A stretch of 64,000 nt of DNA from an uncultured Poribacteria bacterium. GTDB lineage: Bacteria > Poribacteria > WGA-4E > WGA-3G. The notes beneath the pieces are model-generated. The model saw only the letters and a program-made list of their open reading frames with translations, ran no database searches and had not been told where the DNA came from. The position numbers and the translations under genes are program-made. Shown piece by piece: positions 30,327 to 40,008 of this stretch (position 1 is its first letter; each line of letters opens with the position of its first letter). Where the stretch lies: NCBI GenBank assembly GCA_951813565.1, contig OX638351.1:2688001-2752000 (forward strand), in the 5' to 3' direction.

Positions 30327-31283
30327 ATGGGTAACCGGATATTTGAAAAACTTGCTGATACAGAACTACTTGGGAAAAGTCCTATTCTTGTTTTTGCTGC
30401 TGATCCACTTGCATCCGCAGGCATTAAAGGACTGGGACAAGTCCAACATCCAAAACCGCACTATCGCACCCACGCGGAGTTTTTACAACTGCAACGTGAC
30501 CTCGCCGCAGATGGGCAGCTTGATGGGTTATTAATGACACCTGCAGATGCAGAGACATTGGCACTTGATGAAAACCTTTTTGAAAGCACTCCCATCACAC
30601 CTATTGTCCGAATGAATTCGGAAACCGCTATTTGGAACCCGCGTTTTGGTGTTTACACTTCGCGACCATCAATGCCTTTTCAAACAGTTTTCCCAGAAGA
30701 TATGCAGCGGTATTGTGAAAATCTTATCGGTCCGGCATTGGATTGCCGAGTCAGTCTCGGGTTATATTCAATCACCCTCAATAATGATCCGATTGTTGAT
30801 GAGCGGATGCTACAGGCGTATGTGCAATTTGCCCATGTTGTTGGTGAAATCGAAGGGTTTGATCATCTATTAGAGGTTTTTCTACCAAATGTTAAATTAC
30901 CGGGAATGGATGAAGAAAAACGTGGTATGTACGTTGCCGATTCAATTGTTCGCACGATGAGTTATCTTCGCAAACACCAACGACCTCGGTTTATCAAAAC
31001 TGCCTACACAACGGTTGACGTCTGGACTGAGTTATGTCAGTTTGATACGACTCTTGTAATTGGAGCTTTAGGTGGACCACGGCAGAATGCACGCAGTACC
31101 TTTGCCCTTGCACATAACGTTGTGCAGAACGGTGGGCGCGCCATCTTATTTGGTCGCACTATCTTCGGTGAAGATGATCCCATCAGTTTTGTGCAGTGCC
31201 TTCGCTGTGTGCTTGATGGAGAGTTTGATCCGCAGACTGCCCATGCTGAGTATCAGAAACACCTCCGAACTCAGGCACAGTAA
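30327..31283 (+). CDS. Class I aldolase-like (DhnA/Cgl0159-like) TIM-barrel protein
   Basis: FAAD, DGLL, FIK (putative Schiff-base Lys), LGG, GGRAILFGR. Confidence 0.55.
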   Translation: MGNRIFEKLADTELLGKSPILVFAADPLASAGIKGLGQVQHPKPHYRTHAEFLQLQRDLAADGQLDGLLMTPADAETLALDENLFESTPITPIVRMNSETAIWNPRFGVYTSRPSMPFQTVFPEDMQRYCENLIGPALDCRVSLGLYSITLNNDPIVDERMLQAYVQFAHVVGEIEGFDHLLEVFLPNVKLPGMDEEKRGMYVADSIVRTMSYLRKHQRPRFIKTAYTTVDVWTELCQFDTTLVIGALGGPRQNARSTFALAHNVVQNGGRAILFGRTIFGEDDPISFVQCLRCVLDGEFDPQTAHAEYQKHLRTQAQ

Positions 31284-31380
31284 TATAAAACAATTATCTG
31301 GCATAGGGCGGGTCCTGGGACGATTACTAATCGTTCCATTGTTGGCACCCGCCTATTTTTTTCGTCACACAGGTTTCCAC

Positions 31381-32637
31381 ATGTCACAGCAACCTTCCAA
31401 AAAACTGAGAATCCTCCTACTCCTTCCGACACGTACCTACCGCGCAACCGATTTCCTTAACGCCGCGCTCAAGCTTGATGTAGAGGTTGCTGTTGCATCG
31501 GAAAAGCCCGCTACGACAGCAGAACTTTCCCCACGCGACACTTTGATGCTTGACTTTCGCAACCCAACAGTCGCAACACAAACAATCGTTGAATTTGCTG
31601 AGACACACCCTATTGCAGCTGTTATTGGTGTTGATGATGATACAACTATGCTCGCGACAACTGCCTCCACAGCGCTTGGGCTTCCGCACAACCCAATTTC
31701 ATCTGCAAAAGCCACACGCGATAAATACCTCTTACGACAGGCACTTGAGAAAAACGGTGTGCCTGTGCCGAACTACAGACGTTTTTCGATTCAAGACGAT
31801 GTCAAGAAAATTAGCACACAGATTAATTTTCCGTGTGTCATCAAACCGCTGTCACTCTCAGCGAGCCGTGGCGTAATCCGAGCAGACAATCCAACTGAAT
31901 TTACAGAGGCTTTCCATCGTATCACTACACTTCTCAACAGAGTAAAAGAATCCAGAAATATAAACAACGATTCTTTCCAATATCTCTTGGTTGAAGACTA
32001 CATACCGGGCATAGAAGTAGCATTGGAAGGTATCCTCTTAAAAGGAGAACTCAAGACGCTTGCTCTCTTTGACAAACCCGATCCGCTTGAAGGTCCCTTT
32101 TTTGAAGAAACACTTTACATCACACCATCCCGCTTGTCAAAAGAGATTCAAGATGAATTGCATATTGCAACAGCAGAGACTTCTGATGCATTAGGACTTC
32201 AACACGGGCCTGTGCATGCGGAATTGCGATACAATGAACAAGGCGCACATCTGATTGAAATTGCTGCGCGGACAATCGGCGGACTCTGTTCCCGAACCTT
32301 GCGATTTGGCACTGGAATATCCCTGGAGGAACTGGTTATCAGGCACGCAATTGGACAACCCGTGCAGATTTTCTCTCGCGAGAAACAAGCAGCTGGTGTG
32401 ATGATGATTCCCGTTCCGAAAATGGGTATTTTAGGTGAAGTACGCGGTAGAAAGAAGGCGCGTAATGTTAACGGCATTGAGGAGGTTAACATCACAATTC
32501 CTATCGGAGAAGAGATTGTGCCGTTGCCAGAAGGTGATAAATACCTCGGTTTCATTTTCGCCCGCGCCGAGACACCAGAAGCGGTAGAGGCAACATTACG
32601 TGAGGCGCATCGGTTTTTGGAATTTGTTATACTGTAG
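31381..32637 (+). CDS. ATP-grasp domain protein
   Basis: RDK, FPCVIKP, ASRGV, VEDYIPG.E, HAE, IEIAARTIGG. Confidence 0.88.
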   Translation: MSQQPSKKLRILLLLPTRTYRATDFLNAALKLDVEVAVASEKPATTAELSPRDTLMLDFRNPTVATQTIVEFAETHPIAAVIGVDDDTTMLATTASTALGLPHNPISSAKATRDKYLLRQALEKNGVPVPNYRRFSIQDDVKKISTQINFPCVIKPLSLSASRGVIRADNPTEFTEAFHRITTLLNRVKESRNINNDSFQYLLVEDYIPGIEVALEGILLKGELKTLALFDKPDPLEGPFFEETLYITPSRLSKEIQDELHIATAETSDALGLQHGPVHAELRYNEQGAHLIEIAARTIGGLCSRTLRFGTGISLEELVIRHAIGQPVQIFSREKQAAGVMMIPVPKMGILGEVRGRKKARNVNGIEEVNITIPIGEEIVPLPEGDKYLGFIFARAETPEAVEATLREAHRFLEFVIL

Positions 32638-32683
32638 TTGGTAATGCCAAATAATATTTAATTCACCAATAAACTTAACAAAC

Positions 32684-32866
32684 GGGTGTGTAAAGTTTTT
32701 GTAGAAACCCTGATGTTAAGGGGCGTGTGTCCAGTTTTTATTGAAGATTGCCTGACATTAGGGAACCGTGGACATCGTAGGGGCGAGGTTTCCTCGCCCG
32801 CGTAAAACTACTGTAGGGGCGGGGAGACCCCGCCCCTACAGACAGCAACCAAAACTTTACACACCA
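32684..32866. mobile_element. GGGTGTGTAAA-family MITE carrying GTAGGGGCG REPs
   Basis: Family TIRs; internal GTAGGGGCG...CGCCCCTAC palindromes; no matching TSD. Confidence 0.7.
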
Positions 32867-32875
32867 AATGACTCA

Positions 32876-33046
32876 GGGTGTGTAAAGTTTTTGGCACAGA
32901 GGCACAAACTTTTGTTCTCTTTAGTCCCGTAGGGACTGAATGGCATATTTCAAATAATAAAGTGCCTAAAGACAACACCTAAGTGGGAACAGTAACACAC
33001 ACCCACAATAACAGTGGGTTTATTTTGCCAAAAACTTTACACACCA
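32876..33046. mobile_element. GGGTGTGTAAA-family MITE
   Basis: TIR GGTGTGTAAAGTTTTTGGCA / TGCCAAAAACTTTACACACC; 9-bp TSD AATGACTCA at 32867-32875 and 33047-33055. Confidence 0.85.
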
Positions 33047-33053
33047 AATGACT

Positions 33054-33276
33054 CAGGGCAATTTAGTTTTCGGTTTTTCGGACGAATTTTTAACACTTGC
33101 TATATACCCCAGAAGGGTAGGTGCGGTTTCCTAACCGCACCGATTTTGGATCAAAAACCTTCATAGTGACTTGCTCTGGAAGATGCGGTGCGGTTAGGAA
33201 ACCGCACCTACCGCCCTTGGTTATTAACTTTGAGTAAACCGAAATAACGGAAAACTCTTAAAACTAAATAACCCTG
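33054..33276. mobile_element. MITE-like shell with CAGGG..ATTTAGTTTT ends carrying a REP doublet
   Basis: CAGGGCAATTTAGTTTT / AAAACTAAATAACCCTG; internal GGTAGGTGCGGTTTCCTAACCGCACC inverted pair at 33116-33213. Confidence 0.75.
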
Positions 33277-33425
33277 CCAATGACTCCATTACCCTTGACA
33301 TCTGAGGAAAATTAGTATAAGCTTAACGTGAGTTCGGTTTAAGAATGCTGACAGTAAACGGACGCAAATATAACTATCAATTGTTCTAACCCCCTGTAAT
33401 TCTTGGAAATAAAGGAGGGACGATT

Positions 33426-34184
33426 GTGGCTGATAAAGAAGTTATTGAAGAAACTGGATCTGATATTTCCACATCTCGTATACGATATGCGCCGACGAAT
33501 GGGGCAATTATCTATCCTGAATCAGATGGGAAACCTATGGCAGAAACAGAACTGCACCGAGATGCGCTTATAAATGCGCTGATAATCCTTATTGAGGCTT
33601 TTAAAGATAAACCTGATGTGTGCGTTTCAGGAAATATGATGATGTACTATGTTGAAGGAGACCCTAAGAAGTCAATTTCACCTGATGTATTTGTTTCTTT
33701 TGGTATAGGTAAAAAGCTACGTCGCACATATCGCGTTTGGGAAGAGGGTAAACCCCCAGACTTTGTGTTGGAATTTTCAAGTGAGAAAACTCATAGAACA
33801 GACCAAAATGAAAAGAAACTACTGTATGCCTCAATAGGTGTGCAAGAATACTTTCTGTATGATCCCGAAAGGCAGTATTTACCGACACCCCTCATGGGTT
33901 TTCGTCTCGTTGATGGGGAGTATGTTCCAATACCGGCGGGGACTGATGGAAGTGTTATGTCTGTAACATTGAATTTAGAACTGCGTTTAAGAGGGAATAT
34001 TCTCGGTTTTTACGATAAGGTTTCGGCAAAGTGGTTAGAAACTCCAGCAGATACAGCGGCTGCAAGAGCGGACCAAGAAGCTGCAAGAGCGGACCAAGAA
34101 ACCGAGATTAGAAAGCTGGCTGAAGCAGAAGCAGCGCGACTCCGAGAGGAACTTGAACGTTTGAAAGCACAAAGCGCGTCGTAG
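33426..34184 (+). CDS. Uma2 family putative endonuclease
   Basis: YPESDGKPMAET, SPDVFV, PDFVLEF.S, EYFLYDP; coiled-coil tail with 21-bp tandem repeat at 34059-34100. Confidence 0.9.
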   Translation: MADKEVIEETGSDISTSRIRYAPTNGAIIYPESDGKPMAETELHRDALINALIILIEAFKDKPDVCVSGNMMMYYVEGDPKKSISPDVFVSFGIGKKLRRTYRVWEEGKPPDFVLEFSSEKTHRTDQNEKKLLYASIGVQEYFLYDPERQYLPTPLMGFRLVDGEYVPIPAGTDGSVMSVTLNLELRLRGNILGFYDKVSAKWLETPADTAAARADQEAARADQETEIRKLAEAEAARLREELERLKAQSAS

Positions 34185-34229
34185 CATACGAACACTCAAA
34201 ATAGCCTCGCTCTATAGCAATAATGCGTT

Positions 34230-35231
34230 TTACCGGTTTCCGGTCACACCAACCGCCTTCCGCACCTTTCGCAGAATTGGCACAGCGATATCGTGCGCTT
34301 TTTCCGCACCTTTCTCAAGCACTTTATCCAATTCATCACGACTTTCCATAAGCCCATCATACTGCTCACGTTGTGCGGAAAAGGTTGTCTCTAACAACTC
34401 ATTCAGTTCATTTTTCATATCGCCATACGCGAGTCCGCCATCAAGATAGAGTTGCCGCTTCGCTTCAACAGCATCCGCATCTGCAAAATGACGATAGATG
34501 GCAAAGACATTACATTCATCGGGGTCTTTCGGTTCTTCAGGGCGTTTGGAATCGGTCACGATACGCATAACCTGTTTACGAACTTGATTTGACGGCGCAA
34601 AAAGTGGGATGACATTGTTATAACTTTTGCTCATTTTCCTACCATCAAGTCCAGTGATAGTCATTACCTCTTTCCGAATTACTGCCTCTGGAACAACCAA
34701 GACTTCCCGATAATTCTTATTAAAAGTGAGTGCCACATCGCGTGTAATTTCGAGGTGCTGTTGTTGGTCAAGTCCTACGGGAACAACATGTGTGCCGAAT
34801 AGCAAGATATCTGCCGCCATCAAAACAGGATATGTAAACAGCCCAGCGTTGATGTTTTTGTCCTCTTCACGACCTGCCTCAACATTGTCGTCAACAATTG
34901 CTTTGTAGGCATGCGCGCGGTTGAGCAACCCCTTTGATGTGAAACAGGCTAATACCCATGCCAATTCAAACACCTCTGGAATATCCGATTGACGATAAAA
35001 AATGACATCATCTGGGTTCAATCCCAATGCTAACCATGTCGCTGTCACCTGATATGTCAAATCCTCTAATTCTTTTTTCTTTTTAACTGTGGTAAGTGCG
35101 TGGTAATCGGCAATAAAATAGAGCGCCTGATAATCTTGCGCGAGTTCCAGTGCAGGTTTGATCATACCGAGATAGTTGCCAATGTGCGGCTGTCCTGTCG
35201 GTTTTATTCCTGTTAAAGCGATCTGTTTCAA
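34230..35231 (-). CDS. trpS: Tryptophanyl-tRNA synthetase
   Basis: HIGNYLG, YPVLMAADIL, KMSKS. Confidence 0.97.
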   Translation of the reverse strand: MKQIALTGIKPTGQPHIGNYLGMIKPALELAQDYQALYFIADYHALTTVKKKKELEDLTYQVTATWLALGLNPDDVIFYRQSDIPEVFELAWVLACFTSKGLLNRAHAYKAIVDDNVEAGREEDKNINAGLFTYPVLMAADILLFGTHVVPVGLDQQQHLEITRDVALTFNKNYREVLVVPEAVIRKEVMTITGLDGRKMSKSYNNVIPLFAPSNQVRKQVMRIVTDSKRPEEPKDPDECNVFAIYRHFADADAVEAKRQLYLDGGLAYGDMKNELNELLETTFSAQREQYDGLMESRDELDKVLEKGAEKAHDIAVPILRKVRKAVGVTGNR

Positions 35232-35285
35232 TTCGGTTCTCCTTTGTTTGTTCTATTTCTATTATAACTTGCAGAAATGGGGATG

Positions 35286-36152
35286 TCAATCAAACCTATG
35301 CACCATAACAGTATCACCATTTTTTAATCCCAAACGTGCTTCGGCATTTCCTAAGTTAATGGCAATTTCCAGTAGCCCAAAACTCCCAATAATTGCCAGT
35401 GGTTCTCCAGCGTCTGATTCAGCGTAAGCACCATTCAGTTTTTTAAGACACGTATTACCTGCTATAATTTCAAATTTTGCAGACACCATTTGCTTATCAA
35501 GTTGTTCGACTGCATCCTCATTTGAAACAGACGATAGCAAGAAAGAGACAAGCGCGTTTTCCGAAATATTCGTTATTAAATTTCCAAAACTATCAACATT
35601 GATAATTTGTCCTGTCAATGTCCCATCTGAAATGCATATCCCAGGGACAGGGAACCGGACAAGGTCTCGAATCGGTGCCCCGATCTGTGCAAGCGGAACA
35701 CCAAGCGAAAGATGCGCAGCTACAGGCGCGAAAATATCTCTGCCGTGGAAAGTATTGCTAGCTTGCGGTAAAAGATAAGCTGGGTTTTCGATGTTCACTG
35801 CATCAGGTTTGCAGGTTTCTTCAGTTTCAATGTCTTGTAGTATATAACTCAATACGCCATTGTTAGGGCACACATAAAACGCGCCATCAGTTTTACAAAC
35901 CATTGCTTGTCGATCACTACCGACACCCGGATCTACTACAATGATATGAATTGTGCCTTTGGGGAAATAGCGATATGCAGCGCGAATTGCAAAAGCAGCT
36001 TCATGTATGTCTTGCGGTGGGATAGCATGTGTTATGTCAACAATCTGGACATTCGGATTAATGTTTAGGATAACACCCTTCATCACACCGACATACACAT
36101 CACTTGTGTCAAAATCGGTTGTTAGGGTGATAATAGGAGAGGATTTATCCAT
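35286..36152 (-). CDS. DUF62 SAM hydroxide adenosyltransferase (fluorinase/chlorinase superfamily)
   Basis: LTTDF, VVDPGVG, TFHGRDIF, VDSFGN. Confidence 0.9.
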   Translation of the reverse strand: MDKSSPIITLTTDFDTSDVYVGVMKGVILNINPNVQIVDITHAIPPQDIHEAAFAIRAAYRYFPKGTIHIIVVDPGVGSDRQAMVCKTDGAFYVCPNNGVLSYILQDIETEETCKPDAVNIENPAYLLPQASNTFHGRDIFAPVAAHLSLGVPLAQIGAPIRDLVRFPVPGICISDGTLTGQIINVDSFGNLITNISENALVSFLLSSVSNEDAVEQLDKQMVSAKFEIIAGNTCLKKLNGAYAESDAGEPLAIIGSFGLLEIAINLGNAEARLGLKNGDTVMVHRFD

Positions 36153-36169
36153 AGTCCGAAGTTTGCAGA

Positions 36170-36315
36170 TTAGGTATCCAATACCATGATTGGCACAGAT
36201 ATGTTTTCCTGCGCAGTCTCACTATTCTGGGCTAAGGTATCAAGTTGATCTAAAATTGCTGCCTCATAATACCTTTCACCGCATTGATGGCATACGCGTA
36301 CTGGTACATTCTTAA
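36170..36315 (-). pseudogene. YgiT-type zinc-finger (MqsA-like) gene, 3' half
   Basis: Reads KNVPVRVCHQCGERYYEA...MVLDT*; joins in frame with 37674..37764 once the IS is removed. Confidence 0.85.
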
Positions 36316-37673
36316 CACCTTCCCGTCAAATCCCCATGCTTCAGCTTGTGGGATGTAGACGGGCTCAGACCACTATTTACACAAAAAACCTTGTCTATCC
36401 TCATAGATATATGATATACTTACCGACCAATGAAAGCGTATAAATACGAGTTATCTCACCAATCTAATCTAATCCGACTTGGCAACCTGCTTGATGATCT
36501 ACATCAGGTGCATGTGCATGTTCTGAAGTTGCAAAGGCGTTATTATCGTCTATTTGGCAAATACATACCTGCGTATACAATGAACAAGCATATTGCGAAG
36601 TTGAAGAAACGGACAAAACCACATTGGAACCAACTACCGAGCCAAGTTATTCAAGATGTTGTGTTTCGTATTGATAAAGGCTACCAAAGGTTTTTTCAAA
36701 ACATAGAAGACCGTCAATCCGGTAAAACGACCAAAAGGATCGGTAAACCGCATATCAAACCACAACATAAATATAACTCCATGACATTCACACAAGCGGG
36801 CTATAAGATTGAAGGTAATCGTATCTATATCAGTTGTCTAAAAAAGTGGTTTACTTTTTGGAAACATTGCGATTGGACGGGTCAAATCAAAACCGTCACG
36901 ATCAAGCGTGATAATGTCGGGGATTATTATCTCATACTGACTTGTAATGCATCTGAACCGATAGCACATCTTCCCAAGACAGGTCATAGAGCAGGGATAG
37001 ATTTTGGTCTCAAAACATTTCTCACATTGTCAGATGGCACGCAGATAAAGTCTCCCGAGTTCTATAAGAACAGTCTCAAGGCTATCCGTTGTGCGCACAA
37101 GGGGTTATCTCGCAAGATATACTTATCTAATGGATGGTATAAAGCGAAACGCCACCTTTCTCGCGCGTATAAGAAGATAGCGAATCAACGAAGAGACTGG
37201 TTTTTCAAGGTAGCGTTGCGTCTCGTTCACAAATATGATTACATTGCGATTGAAACGCTTCATCTTGATGCGATGAAACGATTGTGGGGTCGTAAAGTCT
37301 CCGATATTGCCTTCGGTGAGTTTGCACTCATTCTTGAATGGACTTGCCAAAAATATGGGAAAGTGCTTGCCAAAACAGGTAAATGGCAACCCACAACCAA
37401 ACCGTGTCATCATTGCGGACACAACAACAACGATTTACAACTCACCGATAGGCACTGGACGTGCCAACAATGTCAGACGCATCACGATAGAGACATCAAC
37501 GCTGCTATCAATATATTGCAGGCTGGGGTACCCGTGTGATAATGCACGATAAAACCGTTCTGATACGGCATAAGAGCCTGCTGGTGGAGTGAAAGTAAGA
37601 CGCTGATTTCTTCGGAAACAGCGCAATCGCGATGAAACCGAAGCCCCTACCTTTAGGTAGTGGGTGGTATCAC
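36316..37673 (+). mobile_element. IS200/IS605-family element, TnpB only (IS1341-like)
   Basis: Left-end hairpin CCCGTC..GACGGG; right-end GAAGCCCCTACCTTTAGGTAG...TCAC; no TSD; removal restores host gene. Confidence 0.9.
36430..37539 (+). CDS. tnpB: RNA-guided endonuclease TnpB
   Basis: RuvC-I GIDFG, RuvC-II IAIETL, Zn finger CHHC/CQQC, RuvC-III DRDINAA. Confidence 0.95.
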   Translation: MKAYKYELSHQSNLIRLGNLLDDLHQVHVHVLKLQRRYYRLFGKYIPAYTMNKHIAKLKKRTKPHWNQLPSQVIQDVVFRIDKGYQRFFQNIEDRQSGKTTKRIGKPHIKPQHKYNSMTFTQAGYKIEGNRIYISCLKKWFTFWKHCDWTGQIKTVTIKRDNVGDYYLILTCNASEPIAHLPKTGHRAGIDFGLKTFLTLSDGTQIKSPEFYKNSLKAIRCAHKGLSRKIYLSNGWYKAKRHLSRAYKKIANQRRDWFFKVALRLVHKYDYIAIETLHLDAMKRLWGRKVSDIAFGEFALILEWTCQKYGKVLAKTGKWQPTTKPCHHCGHNNNDLQLTDRHWTCQQCQTHHDRDINAAINILQAGVPV

Positions 37674-37693
37674 TAATCACTAATTTATCTTCA
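37540..37693 (+). ncRNA. Predicted reRNA (omega RNA) 3' region with flank-derived guide
   Basis: Inferred from known TnpB biology; scaffold ends at TCAC 37673 and the guide would be TAATCACTAATTTATC...; 5' limit unknown. Confidence 0.55.
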
Positions 37694-37764
37694 TACCAGT
37701 GATTAACAGTAACGTTTCTCTCACGAATTTCACCATTGCAATATTCACATTCATGTGTTTTCAT
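37674..37764 (-). pseudogene. YgiT-type zinc-finger gene, 5' half
   Basis: MKTHECEYCNGEIRERNVTVNHWYEDKLVI, interrupted by the IS right end. Confidence 0.85.
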
Positions 37765-37773
37765 TTTCGCACA

Positions 37774-38574
37774 CTACAGATTTTCCTGCATCCACGCGAA
37801 GCTTTTCCGTTGACCCGTGCCATCATTTTCTCTGCCCTCATATTCACAACACCAGACCCCATCATAACCTGCTTCTCGCAAACAATTGATCGCCTTCTCA
37901 AGATCAATTTCGCCTTCACCGAGTGCTTCCCCACGGTAACTCCCGCGTGACCCCGTTCCATCTTTCAGATGCGTGTGTAATGTCCAAGGGGCAATAATTT
38001 CATAATATCTGCCGACTGTCTCTAAATCATGACCCGCCCAACGATAATTCATGGTGTCCATATTCGCACCGACATGTTTAGAACCGACACGTTCAAACAA
38101 TTCCACCTGCAAATCACCGTCATTGGTAACTAAACCATGGTTATCTACTGCTAAATAAACATCGTCCTTTTCAGCAAATTCAAGACAACGGGTTAAACAT
38201 CCTGCCATCGCTTCAACCCATCGGCTTTCTGGCACAGAATCCTTCATAGAGCCGCCTTCTGTCCGAAGAACTGAAGTGCCAACACGTTTTGCGAGTCCAG
38301 CGATGTGTTCCATCCGTTCAACTTGTGCCTGGATAGTTTCTTCCTCCAACACAACAAAATCGTTTCCTGCACCAAGTGCCGAGACCTGCAAACCGTAAGA
38401 CTCAACTTGTTCGCGCACTGCCTCAGCATTCTTTTCGGGATCAGCAGTATCCGATTTCCAAACATCACCGATAGAGAGTTCAACGTATCCAAATCCTGTT
38501 TCACTTGTGAATTTTAGAAAATCATCAAGCGATTTACCTGCATAGTTGTAATGAATAAGTCCAAGTTTTGACAT
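37774..38574 (-). CDS. Sugar phosphate isomerase/epimerase (xylose isomerase-like TIM barrel)
   Basis: GYVEL, NH, D..N, HTHLKDG, GEGEID, CEYE. Confidence 0.85.
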   Translation of the reverse strand: MSKLGLIHYNYAGKSLDDFLKFTSETGFGYVELSIGDVWKSDTADPEKNAEAVREQVESYGLQVSALGAGNDFVVLEEETIQAQVERMEHIAGLAKRVGTSVLRTEGGSMKDSVPESRWVEAMAGCLTRCLEFAEKDDVYLAVDNHGLVTNDGDLQVELFERVGSKHVGANMDTMNYRWAGHDLETVGRYYEIIAPWTLHTHLKDGTGSRGSYRGEALGEGEIDLEKAINCLREAGYDGVWCCEYEGRENDGTGQRKSFAWMQENL

Positions 38575-38678
38575 AATTCTTTTCGTCCTTTTCCAAAAAG
38601 ATTCTCTTGCATTTCTAAAGCGATTATGCTATAATACCTTCATAATAGATAAGTGTCAAGCAGTTTTTGCAAATGCTT

Positions 38679-38797
38679 AGAGCCATTCAGTTTTTGTGTT
38701 TTTTTTACATTTTGCGCATGGGCGCGAGCTGGAGTTTGCTCCTACAGGAAGAGGTTTTAGAGAGAAGGAAGAAATTATTGGAGAATTGAATGGCTCT
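38679..38797. mobile_element. MITE-like element with AGAGCCATTCA TIRs
   Basis: AGAGCCATTCA..TGAATGGCTCT; related ends at 47468 and 54750; holds a GCTCCTAC REP half. Confidence 0.65.
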
Positions 38798-38841
38798 GGC
38801 AATGCTGGAGAAAGCCATAGAGGAGAAGTTACAGGAAGATA

Positions 38842-40008
38842 ATGGAGAACTATAACCTTTTTACAGACCCTAAATTACCCACCATCTATGAAAAAGTCAA
38901 AGCGAAAAAGAGACTCTCTTTTGAGGAGGGAATCACGCTTTACGAAAGTCCTGATATTACAGGAGTCGGATTTATTGCGAACCAAAGCCGTGAACACCTA
39001 AACGGCAACGTCGTATATTATAACATCAACCAACATATAGATTATTCAAACGTGTGCATCCTTCATGCGCGGTGCCATTTTTGTGCCTTTGCCCGAAAAA
39101 ACATGCAAACAGAAGGCGCGTGGGAGATGAGTGTTGATGAGTTCTTAGACAAAGCGATGTATTCTATAGAGCACGGATGCACCGAAATTCATAGCGTGGG
39201 TGGTTTACACCCAAAACTCCCGTTTGACTACTATCTACAGATTATCCGTGGACTCAAAGAACGGATGCCTGATGTCCACCTCAAATTTTTTACGGCTGTT
39301 GAAGTCCATCATTTCTCACGTATCTTCAAAATGTCTATAGAGGATGTCTTAAAACAACTCCGTGAGGCTGGATTAGATTCGTTACCCGGTGGTGGTGCAG
39401 AAATTTTTGCTGAAGAAACGCGTGAAAAAATCTGTCCCGGCAAATTAAGTGCTGAGGGATGGCTTGAAATTCACGACATTGCGCATCGACTCGGTATACC
39501 TACGAACGCAACAATGCTCTATGGACATCTTGAAACAAATGAAGATAGGGTTGACCATCTCATTAGATTGCGAGAACAGCAGGATAAATCAGGCGGGTTC
39601 GTCACATTTATTCCGCTTGCATTCCACCCAGCAAACACACGCCTGGCTTATCTGCCTTCTACATCAGGCTTAACTGATTTGCGAAACATCGCAGTATCCC
39701 GTTTAATGTTGGACAACATGCCGCATATAAAAGTTTATTGGATTATGACAGGGTTAAAAACAGCACAAATCGCACTTAGTTTTGGTGCTGATGATATTGA
39801 TGGCACAGTGACAGAGGAAAAAATTACACACATGGCAGGAGCTGATACACCGGAGGCTGTTTCTGTAGATGCACTCACGCGCCTAATTGAAGAGGCAGGA
39901 TATATCCCAGTAGAACGCGATACACTTTACAATGAAATCATCCGAGAGGGGAATCAGTGGTACAGAAAAGTCGCACATCTCAATATGGGCTTGCAAGCGG
40001 CGCCCTAA
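38842..40008 (+). CDS. mqnE: Aminofutalosine synthase (radical SAM)
   Basis: EIHSVGGLHP, SLPGGGAEIF, NATMLYGH.E, FIPLAFHP, HIKVYW; adjacent to mqnA. Confidence 0.9.
   Translation: MENYNLFTDPKLPTIYEKVKAKKRLSFEEGITLYESPDITGVGFIANQSREHLNGNVVYYNINQHIDYSNVCILHARCHFCAFARKNMQTEGAWEMSVDEFLDKAMYSIEHGCTEIHSVGGLHPKLPFDYYLQIIRGLKERMPDVHLKFFTAVEVHHFSRIFKMSIEDVLKQLREAGLDSLPGGGAEIFAEETREKICPGKLSAEGWLEIHDIAHRLGIPTNATMLYGHLETNEDRVDHLIRLREQQDKSGGFVTFIPLAFHPANTRLAYLPSTSGLTDLRNIAVSRLMLDNMPHIKVYWIMTGLKTAQIALSFGADDIDGTVTEEKITHMAGADTPEAVSVDALTRLIEEAGYIPVERDTLYNEIIREGNQWYRKVAHLNMGLQAAP

Noticed and set aside
31072..31380. Long N-terminal extension of the ATP-grasp ORF
   Set aside because: Overlaps the upstream gene and a terminator-like hairpin; ATG 31381 gives a normal protein
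32684..33285. Possible CRISPR array (repeated AAAACTTTACACACCAAATGACTCAGGG)
   Set aside because: Only two copies 180 bp apart, explained by MITE ends plus TSD; no cas genes
35286..36152. SAM-dependent halogenase
   Set aside because: TFHGRD signature fits DUF62 hydroxide adenosyltransferases, and there is no biosynthetic context
36316..37673. IStron (group I intron-IS hybrid)
   Set aside because: tnpB is antisense to the host gene and the non-coding ends (~115 and ~135 bp) are too short for a group I core
37435..37764. 109-aa ORF as an intact gene
   Set aside because: It is the YgiT 5' half reading into the IS right end
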